From Catajapyx aquilonaris (lineage: Eukaryota), in contig KZ538218.1 of NCBI GenBank assembly GCA_000934665.2, positions 1 to 64,000 on the forward strand: a stretch of 64,000 nucleotides of DNA. Reading direction: 5' to 3'. Shown in pieces: positions 24,252 through 36,421 of the stretch (position 1 is the stretch's first letter; every line of letters begins with the position of its first letter). The position numbers and the translations under genes were made by a program. The notes beneath the pieces are model-generated. The model was not told the DNA's origin, made no database searches, and saw only the letters and a list, made by a program, of their open reading frames with translations.

Positions 24252-26531
24252 GTGAGTCTGGCCGTCCTTACTCCGCCGGACCCCGCCGTCCTTCCATCTA
24301 TCCTTCCTTCCTTCCATTCATTGTCTGTGCACACTGACGTTCAAGAAGCACCAGCAAGCCCCACTCTCAACAACTCATCAACAAGCCCATCAGGGAAAAT
24401 CTGGGCTGACCGTGGGAACCGTTTGGGTGCCCATTTGTACGGGTGTTACACCTCTCATTATGCGGATGTTGATTAATTGTGCGACAATGAATTTTCATTT
24501 TGATACTGTAGCTGCCATTTCATCATTGCAACTATCCAACATCTGTCCACTTCATCCATTTCATGCTCCGCTTTTTTCTCTCCCTCTCTCCACACTGTGT
24601 GCAGGGGGGGTATGTATATAAAATATTCGTCATATGGGTTGATGGCAATTGCGCAAACAGGGAACAGCACACCCAGGGGACTGGGGTTATGAGCACACCG
24701 CCGTAACAATTCATGCCATTTGCAGGTGGGCGGCCTATGCCTAAGTTTGTTTCTTGCAACAGGTCAGCGTTGTGCGCTTAGCAGGCAGATTCTACTGACT
24801 AAACGCTGTGTCATAGCACTAGGTATACCGTAAGGAAATAGCCAATTCAGCATGTCATGCGGCAGTAAGGTGTGTACACGGCGCTGACATCAGTCACATG
24901 CGGTCACAAAATTTCCCATCCATTTCTACCAGCGCCGAAATTTACTCCAGTGGAATAAAAACATGCAGACTATTCCAGTACGCTAACTACAACAATCGCA
25001 AAATGTAGCGGTTCCAACCACCCCTCCACACATTACCAAGCTGGCAACACTCGAGTCACATTATCCAATCTAAACCCATTGAGCAGTGCGTGTAACACCT
25101 GCCGTCCTCTGCTCCCATACCCCTCCCGAATCCCCTGCCCCGGGGTACAAAAGAGCATTGAAAATATTCCAGTCCAAAAGGAGGGGACACCACGAGCCAT
25201 CTTGTAGTTCCCATTTTTTGTGCCCCATGTAACTGCCCCCCCTTTCCTGTGTGGGTGAGTAAAAGTTGAGTGAGTAATGGAGTCTCCTTCATTTGATTGC
25301 TAATCAGCAACGGAAAGAACCGGCGCCATATCGGCCACACTACTAGTGATGGTAGGGGGGGGTTCAGCCACACTATTTTTTCTAGTGGGGGAGTTGCCCT
25401 CAAACGTGGCAGAAGGATGTTGGTGCCAAGGCTTCATGAGTGCGGATGGGCACTGCCCCCTTCCCGCACCTTTTCTGCCCCCCCCCCCCTCCCCCCCTCC
25501 CCTGTGCATGTGCAGGGGGCTTGCCCGCATCCGCTATCCCAGGGCTAAACTTACATGTTATTGCAGGCGGGGTGCAAAAANCCTCAAGCTATAGCTAAGT
25601 GCCCCCCTCGATGCATGGAAAATGTGTGCAGAAATCACCTTGTGGGGTGACATTATGGAAGCCTGGCAGCAGCATCATGATGATAATGTTGGCCTCATCA
25701 CTTGGCATATTCAGCTGACAGGCCATCGCGGATAAGGGAATAGGGAAGAAATTGATAGCTGATAGGTCAATTTGGACTTCACCTGCCCTAGATTTAGTGG
25801 GTGGGGGATAGATAAGGAGGGGATGGTGTTTGAATTCAGGGATAGGTCAGTTATGTCTAAATATTGGGTTGGATTCTTAACTATGTTCGTGTGGCATCTG
25901 GCCTCCACAAAAACAGATAGCGATTACTCTATTGTATGCTTAGAAATTGCGACCACGACAATGGTCAGCGATTATGAGGCAGGCCGACTGACAAATCACG
26001 TCAGACTCGCTAATGATAACAATAATAATTCGGCTGTTTTAAAGAATTCGTAACCAGACTGCGTGTCTCAAGGTCTCGGCGATAACACACGGTGTCCTAA
26101 AGCCTGAATCAGGGAACACCGTGCGATATGGCAGGTGTTCGTACACACGTTATGTCATGTTCAACACCCACGCGGATCGGTAGGGTCGTGCAAAAGTCGC
26201 ACGTGTCTGTCTACATTACGACCTGTGGGGTTCACTTTTGCTCTCGTCACCTTATAGAACTAGCGGTATCAATGGATGTGCATTTCGTCACGGTTGCGAC
26301 AAACATTTCGTATGAATGTTGGTCCAATCTCCAGGGATCACTTAGCGCGTGATCTTTTGCCGGGGATCTAGCAGTACGGTTGCGAACTGATGTCTTGGGT
26401 GCCACAGGCAGCATGGGTGGGAAGAAAGAGGGAATGTTAGTATGGTAATTACATGGATTTCATTATCGAGTACAGCGAAACATGTTTGTAACAAATCTGC
26501 GAAATTTTACGTATATACTGAACAGGTCATA

Positions 26532-26761
26532 CCGTGTGTTTCATCATTTATTCACATCTGTATCTGGGGAAATTTTGGGGACGCTCAAAATTATTGTCTC
26601 GCTTTAAAATGTACCGCGTAGGCCATACACCAGGGGAAAGCCCTGACAATGAGCTTTCCAGTGGACGTAACTAACAGCTAAAATTGCAGGTGATGCGTTA
26701 GGAAGTGACCGTCCGTGATATTTTCACAGATACGGATGTGAGTAAATGCTGAAACATGCAG
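26532..26761. mobile_element. Tc1/mariner-type MITE
   Basis: 35-bp inverted repeats (29/35 identical) CCGTGTGTTTCATCATTTATTCACATCTGTATCTG / CAGATACGGATGTGAGTAAATGCTGAAACATGCAG, with TA on the left. Confidence 0.7.
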
Positions 26762-28963
26762 TGTACTACATTAATTCACTGAAAATCTTCACTGGAGACC
26801 AAACAAAAATTTATCATCAAATTTCCCGTCTCCAGCAGGTTCCTTTATAAACAGGTTTCACTGTGTTATGAAAAATGTTAGTTTGGCAACAAAAATTAGA
26901 CTTACCTTGTCCATGAGTTGTATCTCCGACAGCGGTTTTTTCGAGTGGGTAGCAACATCTCCTTATTACGGTACACCGGTTACTGTTTACATATTATCGT
27001 TACTAGCAGTTACACCATACTGTTTACGGGGGCTTACGGGCATTCCGCTCAGGTTACTATAGGAATTAATTGTTGCTACCCTCTCTGTTTTCGTACCTGT
27101 TTCAGTAGTATTCCGCTGTATTGGTGTACTGGCAGGTCTGATGCTGCTGGACTGGAATAAAAGAGCAAGAGTTATACTATTATGTTTCATTAATTGAGTT
27201 CCTTATAGTCTGGACATAATTTACTGCCAGTGTAGCAAATATGTTCCAACTTTTTATTTTATATCGGACACTGTCTCAGTATATTTATAAAATGACAAGA
27301 TAGACGGCTGGAAACGACACATACAAGATGCGCCGTACGAATTTATCTGCTTAGTAATTATCAGCCATCACATCGTGTCATATCGATGTGAACTGTCCAA
27401 TGAACTGATGACAGGACCTCACTGTTTTGTCTATGTCACAACCTTCAGTATTGCTACTGACGTGTTTGGCCATTGGACCAGTGGACATTTGCTGTAAGCT
27501 CTTTGCCCAGATTGCACTTGGGCATATGATCATGTGCCCAGTTGTGCTATCAGCCCACTATAAATACACCACATGTAAGTTAAAATACCACATCTAATCC
27601 GACTGGTAAAATAATTAAAAATAATGTAAGTTTGGAACCGTTCGTGTGCTTTATTTGTTTTCCCCAGTTGGACTGTAAGCCTTGCATTGTCAACACAGAC
27701 CACGACTAGAAGTGACAATTGTTTGTATCGTTGGCGTGTATTTTCATATTGTAAAATAAATTGCTATAAACTGGAAGCCGGACTGACATATACGCGAAAG
27801 CTATTTAGGAAGTAGCAAAGTATTCCAAATTTGACATCTACGATGAAATCAGCTGGGCACGAGCTAAATTCCTCGCGCACATGGTTGGAATTAGGCTGGT
27901 GCATTGCCCTCGCCACCCGTTATGCTATCAGAGACACATGCTCACAATATCCTCAAGGCTGGTTAGCAGACAGCTCCTAAGAAATTGGATTTCAAAAGGT
28001 GTTAAGCTCTAAGTAGCAGTCGGGGTTCAATTAGACTTATCGGCAAAGCCATTGGGGGGTTGATGCAATATGCATACATAAAATAAATATAATATTTGGC
28101 CCTTTATGGTGCGTGGTCGTCGCAGATATTACAATAGACATTATGAATGGGAAATGTGGGAATTGGTGTTTGAGTTGGGCTGAATCTAGCAGGCATCAGG
28201 GGTGTCTCCACAGTGCGACACAGTGTGACTTTAGGGCATTTCCTGTTTGACCATTCGATCTGGGTGTGGAAATGAACGTGTATTGAGTTAGCAGCAGGCA
28301 TGGCGGGGGTGGAGTCAGCAGTTTGACGTTTGCGGTGGGGTCAATGAGGGGAAACCGATCCACCACCTTTTCATTAGGCGTTTGTACTTTGCATCCAGTC
28401 ACCCCCTCCGAAATCAGTGGGTCCTGTGACTAGAGCAAGGCTCCCCAACAGCGATAAAAGCCGGACCATAAGCATGGGGGTGTGACGTGTCTCTTATCCG
28501 AACCCGCACCTCGTTTCTCACACGCTGTTTCAGGATGTGATTTGGAACCTCCGCTTCAAATTTGGGTTTCCTGCACCCCCCCCCCCCACTCCCACCCACC
28601 CTGATAGTACCTTGGCAGGAAACTATTATAACTGTGGGCGCTGGGAGTGTGTCAATGCACTGCGAGGGAGATACCTAGCTAGGTGGTCGCCAGATGCGAC
28701 ACAGCTTGCTTTTTGTCTTTCCCCGGGGGTGAAAGGGGACAGTTGGGGACCGTTGAGTATATAGAGGGGAGGCTGTTGGTCCAGCAGGCTGTATCGGCAA
28801 TATCATCACCAAATATTGCTTATTTCCAAGCCCGACAATCCCCAATAATAATTATTATAACAAATAATAACTACCGGTATTATTTTTAATGGTCAAATTA
28901 GATATTTTACAGGCTACGCTTTCACTTCAGGAAACGCCGAACTTTCCGAGGCTTGTGCTAAAA

Positions 28964-29173
28964 CAGTGGTTCCCAACTGGGGGTTGCGGGTGGCCCCGGT
29001 TATTTTTATAATTTAAAATATTACTAAAATTAATAAAATAAATTTTATAGGAAATTTCATCACGAAGGTGTTTTTTTTCAACACCTACTAACACCCGAGG
29101 AGGGGGGGGGGGTCGCAGGTTACCTGACAATCATAAAAGGGGGTCGCGACCCGAAAAGGGTTGAGAACCACTG
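28964..29173. mobile_element. hAT (Charlie-like) MITE
   Basis: TIRs CAGTGGTTCCCAAC / GTTGAGAACCACTG, and an 8-bp target duplication with one mismatch (TGCTAAAA / TGATAAAA). Confidence 0.85.
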
Positions 29174-32100
29174 TGATAAAAGATAGGTGTGTCTCCGCCT
29201 TGAGTTAGGTCATGGGGTAGGTTGGTACAGCGTGCCCCTACCCCTGCCAAATTCGGTCCTTCTCCTATTGTGTTTTAAATATCACAGGTAAATCTGGGGG
29301 GGATGTGACCAGGAGTGGCAGATGGGTGAGATCTTAGATTGGTGGGGGTGCATGGACACCCCCATCATTTTTGGGAGGGGGGCAGATGGGCCTACGGGAT
29401 ACCAATTGTCGTCCCCTACCTCCGGGGATTGGGAGGCAAGTGTGCAGAGGAAAGATTTGGAGGGCTAGTCCCGGATAGAGTTGGGGGGGGGGGGGNGGGG
29501 GACCCGAGGTGGAGTGGTAGGGGGTTGTGGAGAGTGAGAGGGGGACCCCCTGGCTTCATATCCATTTCTAGCTGGGCCCACCCTACAGGGATGCTCTTGG
29601 CCGCCGACTCCGAGGCTGTGATCCGTCAATAATGGGAGGGCAGTACCGACCTAAGTCTTGAGCAAACTATGGCGGATTCTAAGAACGTGGTGATTCATAG
29701 TGAAGTCCCGTCACTAAAACGAGGTGGGGGGGATAAAAAAAAAGTATTGCTTCAAACGTGCTTCTTAGAGCGGGGAGCAATAGAAGGTTACATGCGCTCT
29801 ATATCTCTATCACCCTTGACCCTTGCTCCGATGAGGCCTTCGTGGAAACACGGCCATTGCGTCACGTGGCTTGCTCAACTGGCGCATAGTTATATACGGA
29901 GTGTAAATTCAGGTGGCATGTTCCATGGCCAATTTTGCAGAATGCGGGGTATGTCACAGCCTGCGGAATACTCGCTGTAATGAAACCAGGTAGCTATTCA
30001 ACAGGATTGACAGAACTGTTTTTTTTTGTTTTTTTTTTGTAGGGCCAATGCCTAGCCGGAGTTTCCCAACACGGCTTGGCAGTTGCCTAATCTCGTATAG
30101 TATAGGGTGCATTTATCATGGCCATGAGAAATAGTTATTGGTGCTGAGAGGATGATTTCATTTGCACGTGAATGAATACCGTGTCGAGGCGAGCCTTGTG
30201 ATTATTGGTCAGAGATAAAGTACTGTCGACTGCATCTTATTATTCTGAAATTGGTACTATAGGATGTCTACATTTGATGAACTCTTGAACTGTAGGTCGT
30301 ACAGAATATTGGCGCTTGGCCGGAATAGCCTGAGGATGGTGCTCCTTGTTTAGGGCCACCTACAGGTGTGAATATCAGGTTGCAGAGTTTCGAGGATAAG
30401 ATGGGAAATATCCAGTGGCTTTTGTCAAATGGTGCGCTTTTTTTCACATAGTGTTACAGGTTATCGGTTACGACAAAGTCTGGTTAATGCTTTGTGGCGC
30501 TATCAAAACCTTGTCCATTGTTACCGTTACAGCTCGAGTGACGACCTGCTTCTTATCACCTAGGCAGTGTATATCGTGCCTTAGTTTAGTAAACATGGCT
30601 GTTACAAGTGCCCATTGATTGCTGGATGCATCCCGTCAATGCCTGAGTGCACGTTGTTCTGCCGTACCCATTCTGATGGATTGGAGGCTTCTCGCCAATA
30701 TATGCAGGAGGAATTATCTGCAACTCTCAACCGGCTACAGAATTACAAAGTTACATGTATTGCCTATGCCACTAACGATTTGAAATAAATTTCAATTTAA
30801 TTTAGAAAATTATACCTGGTCTCCAATTTTATTTTCCTAAAATAATAGTTGATTATAACACCTGCAGGAACGTCAATTGCATATTGTGACTCACAAAGGG
30901 AAGTGACCAATGATGATTCTGGCCACCATCCAAAATGATCCGATCACCCCTCCCACACATACCCAGCCACGCTGTATATACTGGACACGCCGGGAAAGTA
31001 AGGTGGCACGTTTTTGCCCCCAACTGTCTGCGGCTATTGAGGTAATTAGAGTGGAAAAGTTGGCAACAACGCAGCCTGTACGGACTACGAAGACATACCG
31101 TACAATTAAAATATATAAAAATTGTGCTTCAAGGTACGGACTAAATATACGGACACGTGACAGTATATTTGAATCGAATAAATTAGACAGAGTTAGGCTA
31201 CACTCTGATGTTAATATAACTTGGAGGGCCTTTGACAGCATCATTTGCGGTACATTAATTGAACCCCTCTTGTTGAAGCACTCCACATAAACTAGCGCTC
31301 ATAAAATACATTACCTCCAATATCAGTCTGGAGTGATAACTGGACACAAGATACCAATAAAGAACATTAACACAACTCCTGTCGTTTGGGTTCTATATCG
31401 CCTGTAATTAAAAATATGCTTCTTAACGTAGAGACCAACACATACTTGATTCACACGTGACCGCCTGGTTGCAGCCTATCAAATTTACATTCCTTTTACG
31501 TGGGCTGAGTCATACCAGCCTTGTGCACCTGATTCTCACATTCTTCGTACCGTAAACCAAGACTCATTCGTTCGAGGAAAAAAAAACTCATGTGGTGCAG
31601 TACCTGCGTTCTGGTGCTATCGTACATTTTGAAGGAAGTGGCTGCTTATTTTGGTACATACTTCGAGTGAGTTATCTTTACGTGGGGTGGAGCTGGGGGA
31701 TGATGGGTGACAAGAGTATGCCTCAACATCAACCACAGGCATGGTAAAGGTCACGAGTAGTCAACCCGGAAAAGGCAGACATGTGGCTGATGTGTTGAAC
31801 GGTGCACAAAGGCTGATAAACTTGCAACTTAGTCAAGAAGGTGTGCTATTTATCAATTTCAAGGACATTATTTTTTTGTGAACTCATAATCTAAATGACC
31901 AAACTTACGTATGGGAGGTGGCAAGAGTAAACAGTTTTATACGCAGCGCATACCAGCTGCAGATACCAGCAGGCAGGACTCCTAATTTCTGACCATGTTA
32001 TTCCAGTGCGACATTGCTTGATTAGCAAGGAATTTCTTCCATTCGTTAATGAGCCTGCTGGGGTATGTAAATATTTAGAGATTTTTGTAATCTGGGATCA

Positions 32101-33208
32101 AATTACAGCTCGCAATGCAACCCCAGCGTGGATTCCCCCAAAAAACTTTATTTTTGGGGTAGGATGTTTTCGGAGGGAAACGGGCAGATATTACGACAAA
32201 ATATAGGCCAAGATGCACAGGCCATTTGGCCCCAGTTCAAAGGAGTATCTACAGAAAGTGTAATATTTGTCCGTGTCCACAAAGATGAAGTGCAATGCAA
32301 AAGTGCTTGCGCGAGAGATATGCAAGAAGTAAAAAAGCATTCTCCTGTAACGCTCTAACAAAAAAAAAAAGTTCCAAAAAATTGGTGCACAACTATTTTT
32401 TATCAGTCTCATAATAGCGGAATGGGAGCAGAATAGTTCGAGTGTGTAATGTCTGAACCAGGCAGAATCTGCATCACCTGGGTCCCCAAAAAAAAAGAGT
32501 AAAAAAAAAAATTTAAAAATGCGGAAAGTATTCGCTAGTCTTTGGTAACTGGCCAGCTCCTGGCATAGGATTTAAATCCTGCGTCACACGTAGTTTTATC
32601 ATCATAGCTCCGCAGTGACCCGCTTTATAAAGCCGGGAGTTTGACGCAAAAAACCGGTACTACCATGGAGGGCACGCCATTTACAATATAATTGACGCGA
32701 GAGAGGAAAATGTGCTGCAGGAGAGCGATTCTATCGGAATGTCAGCCCCCTGTTATATTGTTGCGGGGGCAGTGTTGCGGGAAACCTAATCTACAATTAT
32801 AGAGCTCTCGGGGGGTAAACAACAACAAAAAAGAGGGCCGTGGAGAAAGACCACATTTGCTCAGCCAAGTGGGGAACTAGGAAACAAACATCATCCATGC
32901 GACACCTGTTTGGTACAAAATAAAAGCTGATCCAGTGAGAAGCAGGATCTCATTTATGTCCATTCATGCAGCTCGTTTTTTTAGTGCATTAAAAATTTAA
33001 AATAATAGGAGGTATCAATGCCTGGTGCACCATTTTTTGAGTGCCGATAGTGCTTGTTTTCTTGTAATGGTTATTTGCCCATATCAAGCTGAAAACGATT
33101 GACGCAAATTGAGCGTAAATTACGCGACTTTTTTAAGAAACGAATATTTCTATTGGGAAGAGCTGACATTGATGAAAATCTGGCGCTCAATTGCCTTGAA
33201 TTTTTTAG

Positions 33209-33209
<1 letters not shown>

Positions 33210-33283
<74 letters not shown>

Positions 33284-33540
33284 TCATGCCCCTTTATCAG
33301 CCATCGGCTCTTTGGGGGGGTTGTTTTGCCTGGAACTATTTGCTTTTCATTTTACTGTGCTCTTTGGGGTAGGATAGGGACGGAAGCAAGCGGCTGTGGC
33401 CTATTAATTACGGAAGCAACTCCGGAATTTTCCTTAAAGGACCGTGGGAAACCACGGTCAGAGTTGCCGGCCCTGGGATTTGATCCCAGGACCTCCCGAT
33501 TAGTAGTCGGACACCATATCCCCTCCTCCAAACTGCTTCG
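33210..33540 (-). mobile_element. tRNA-derived SINE, family 1, with an expanded (AAT)n tail (33210-33283)
   Basis: Reverse-complement homology to 15128-15419 across head, body and 3' end. The tail is a pure trinucleotide microsatellite. Confidence 0.85.
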
Positions 33541-33962
33541 TTTTTTTTAAAGTATATATTTAACTCAAATGAAAGCATAGCTTTACTGACCGTGAATCGA
33601 AAATTCAGTGTAGAAAGCGTGAAAAACTACTCAAAATAATTCGGCGTCGACTTGCACACTTGAAGATTTCCTTGAAAAAAATAAATCTAGGTTCTGGTTC
33701 CAACTATGCAAAATTACACCCCGTCAGGAAAGGTGAATGCGATGCAATTTCTTAAACCCTCCGAGTGCATACTGTAAGCTTCCTTTCAATTTTTTTTTTC
33801 CACCCTTCAAATCTATGAAGGAAAACACTTTCCCAGTTGCGGCTTGAATGTAGATATGGTTGGCTTTGAATCATCGTAGGCTATAGCATAGGATTTTTTT
33901 TTTTTAAGCTCCACACACGACCGGTGCGACAAAAAATAACTCGTGTCGCAAAGTGCGTGTTA

Positions 33963-34201
33963 AGGCCGCTTCACAAACTCGGCGTTGCGAAAGCGTGGCG
34001 TGTGGGTCTTACGCTCATCGCACGCAGAAAGTCCACCCGATTGGACGCCAGCGCAACGCCCGCGCTCGGTCATCGCACGCAGCATTTGTGAATAGCCCTT
34101 CGCAAATTTTCCGCTCTCCGTACGCCCCGCTCGCGCAAATCCGGGTTTGTAAAACGGGCATTTCGCCCCGCTTTCGCAACGCCGAGTTTGTGAAGCGGCC
34201 T
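33963..34201. mobile_element. PIF/Harbinger-type MITE
   Basis: Perfect ~33-bp TIRs AGGCCGCTTCACAAACTCGGCGTTGCGAAAGCG / CGCTTTCGCAACGCCGAGTTTGTGAAGCGGCCT, flanked by TTA and TCA. Confidence 0.85.
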
Positions 34202-34491
34202 TCAGGCTGTTTAGCTAACCTGTCAGGTCTAGCGGATGCGTCAGTTAGATAGTCAGCAATATTTTTCGTGTGCGCATAAGTGCATCAGAGGCAGAAGGTT
34301 ACCTGGTCTAGAAAGTGCTAGATCCGGGCTATGCACGCGTGTATATCACCAAGGATAAACAATCGTCTCATCTTGCAGGGAAACAAGGTCGACGACGTCT
34401 TTTCGCACGAGGGAAGGTGCTGAGAAAGTACGAAGGACATGTCTCCCAGTTGTATGAACACAAATTAAATTTCACATCTTATATTATGTAC

Positions 34492-34561
34492 AGGAATTCG
34501 CAATATATTTCCCCTCCCCCCCCCCCCNCCCAAGAGAGCACTGCTCTATCACGGGGTAAAC

Positions 34562-34604
<43 letters not shown>

Positions 34605-34724
34605 ATTTGCAATATTATAATGGAAAATCCTCGATTATGTGTAGGAATTAACAATACATATTTTGCATAATATACCGCATATGACATATTGTATTATACG
34701 AGAAAATATATATTGCGAATTCCT
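34492..34724. mobile_element. Inverted-repeat element containing a 5'-truncated family-1 SINE end with a (TAAA)n tail
   Basis: AGGAATTCGCAATATAT / ATATATTGCGAATTCCT inverted pair. Internal CCAAGAGAGC..GCTCTATCACGGGGTAAA (~34529-34560) matches the SINE 3' end at ~15370-15402 and is followed by (TAAA)n to ~34605. Confidence 0.6.
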
Positions 34725-34737
34725 TTTTAAAAAATTA

Positions 34738-35256
34738 CAGTTGACTTCGGATATAACAGCGTCGGCTATAACGGACTTGCGGTTATAACAGACTCGAAAG
34801 GCCGGTCCCTGCAAACTTCCATAAGGCCCTGCGTTTTTTACTCATAATATAACAGACTCATTTTCACCTCACCTCATAACAGACCATTTTGTGGTGTTTT
34901 TGATGATTCAAATATCTTTCCCACTCGCAGGAAAGTAGAGAATACAGAAGTGGGAGTCATTTTCGCGTCTGTCACTGATCTATGCTACTCAAAATTACTT
35001 TTTCTGGCATATTTGTCAGCAAGGGGACGGTAGAATAAAATTACCTTTTTTTGGTATTGCATAATTTACGGGTGAGCTAATTTCGCAATTTTGTGGATCG
35101 TTTCATTAATTTATGCAGAAGTGGGCATTATAAGCATATGGAAAGCAGCAAACCTTGTGTATTTGTTGAAATAGTGGCGATTTGGCTGTAACAGACCTCC
35201 GTTATACCATACTTTTTCCGCGGTCCCTTGAAGTCTGTTATATCCGGCGTCAACTG
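34738..35256. mobile_element. pogo/Tigger-like MITE
   Basis: TA-CAGTTGACTTCGGATATAACAG ... CTGTTATATCCGGCGTCAACTG-TA TIRs, with subterminal TATAAC repeats. Confidence 0.85.
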
Positions 35257-36357
35257 TACACTTTATAGGACCTGTTGTATTTTGGTTATTAACTTATTAT
35301 TAAATTAAATTATTAAATTATGTATAGATTCGTAATTGAAGATTTTAAATTTAATATGTGTTTATAGAGCTGCTCATAACGTCTAGACATTTGTTTCGCT
35401 GCACGTGGCGTTACATAAGTAGGCTAGTACATTGCTGCGTACTGTATTATTTCGCTAAAAATCGCGTATAGCGTTTGAAGAATGCGAAAAATAGTTTTAT
35501 CGCAGATGTTTTCATGTGAAAATATTGTAGGGTGGACCCTAGGCGAGAGAAAACAGTCGTTGCTCCTATAGTAACGTGTGCAACTGTCAGCTGTGCTTGA
35601 TTACGCTTAATGGTTACGTCGTGCAAGTGATAACTCTTGGGGTGCTCTCTTGCGGATGCACCCTGTAAATACACTGGTTTTAGAAGATCATGCAATGCTT
35701 TTGGATTCCGTCGTACAGGTCAACAGGTTAATCAACACTTAAGTGCCATATAGTACCGGCAGTCAAGTACCGTGTCACTAAAAATGTATACACGGTGTCC
35801 ATCAAGCAGCGAACCAAGGGTTGAATTGCGAAAGATGCGTAAGGTGATGAGGTTACGCAAGTTGGCTAGACAAGGTTACATTAGCACCAACATGTAGTGG
35901 GTGATTTCAATGCACCATATCTGAACTGTTTATTTTCACCTTGAGTGGAAGCAGGTACAATGGCTGGCCTTCACATGCCTGCCGCCCATCAAGGTCCGCG
36001 GTGATGCAGCGCAATTTTATACAGTGGGGGAGTTCAGATAAGAACACCCTTTCACACATCCGCCGGTTGAGGCAAAATCCAATATTGTTAGGTAACAATT
36101 CTGGGTAAGGTACTTGTGAGGATTCTGGAGAGGGAAAAACCCTTGAAATCATTTCGGGTTGAAGGTTAAAGTTCGCAATCTGACCTTTTAGACGTATACT
36201 TGTCATAACAAGGTTAGAAAGGAGTACAGTACCGGTATAGATCGAGTATTTCAGTGTACGTGATAAGTAAATAAGGCGCTATATCACAGGATAGTTTCAT
36301 GTATGCCCGTGCTCAACTGTGTACAAAAACTTTTTAAATATAGGCCTACAGTATGTA

Positions 36358-36421
36358 CTATATATCGCTCAAAAACATAAAGAGACGATTTTGCATTTGA
36401 TTTTGTTTTTGAGCGATATAG
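36358..36421. mobile_element. Internally deleted copy of foldback MITE family A
   Basis: TATATCGCTCAAAAACATA..GAGACGATTTTGCATTTGA..TTTTTGAGCGATATAG flanked by TA. Homologous to 5720-5820. Confidence 0.75.

Noticed and set aside
23183..24476. Long overlapping ORFs (204 aa and 224 aa on -, 122 aa on +) as genes
   Set aside because: Low-complexity products expected from GC-rich promoter DNA. Only the 61-nt ZEB-like exon has recognisable homology and a splice signal.
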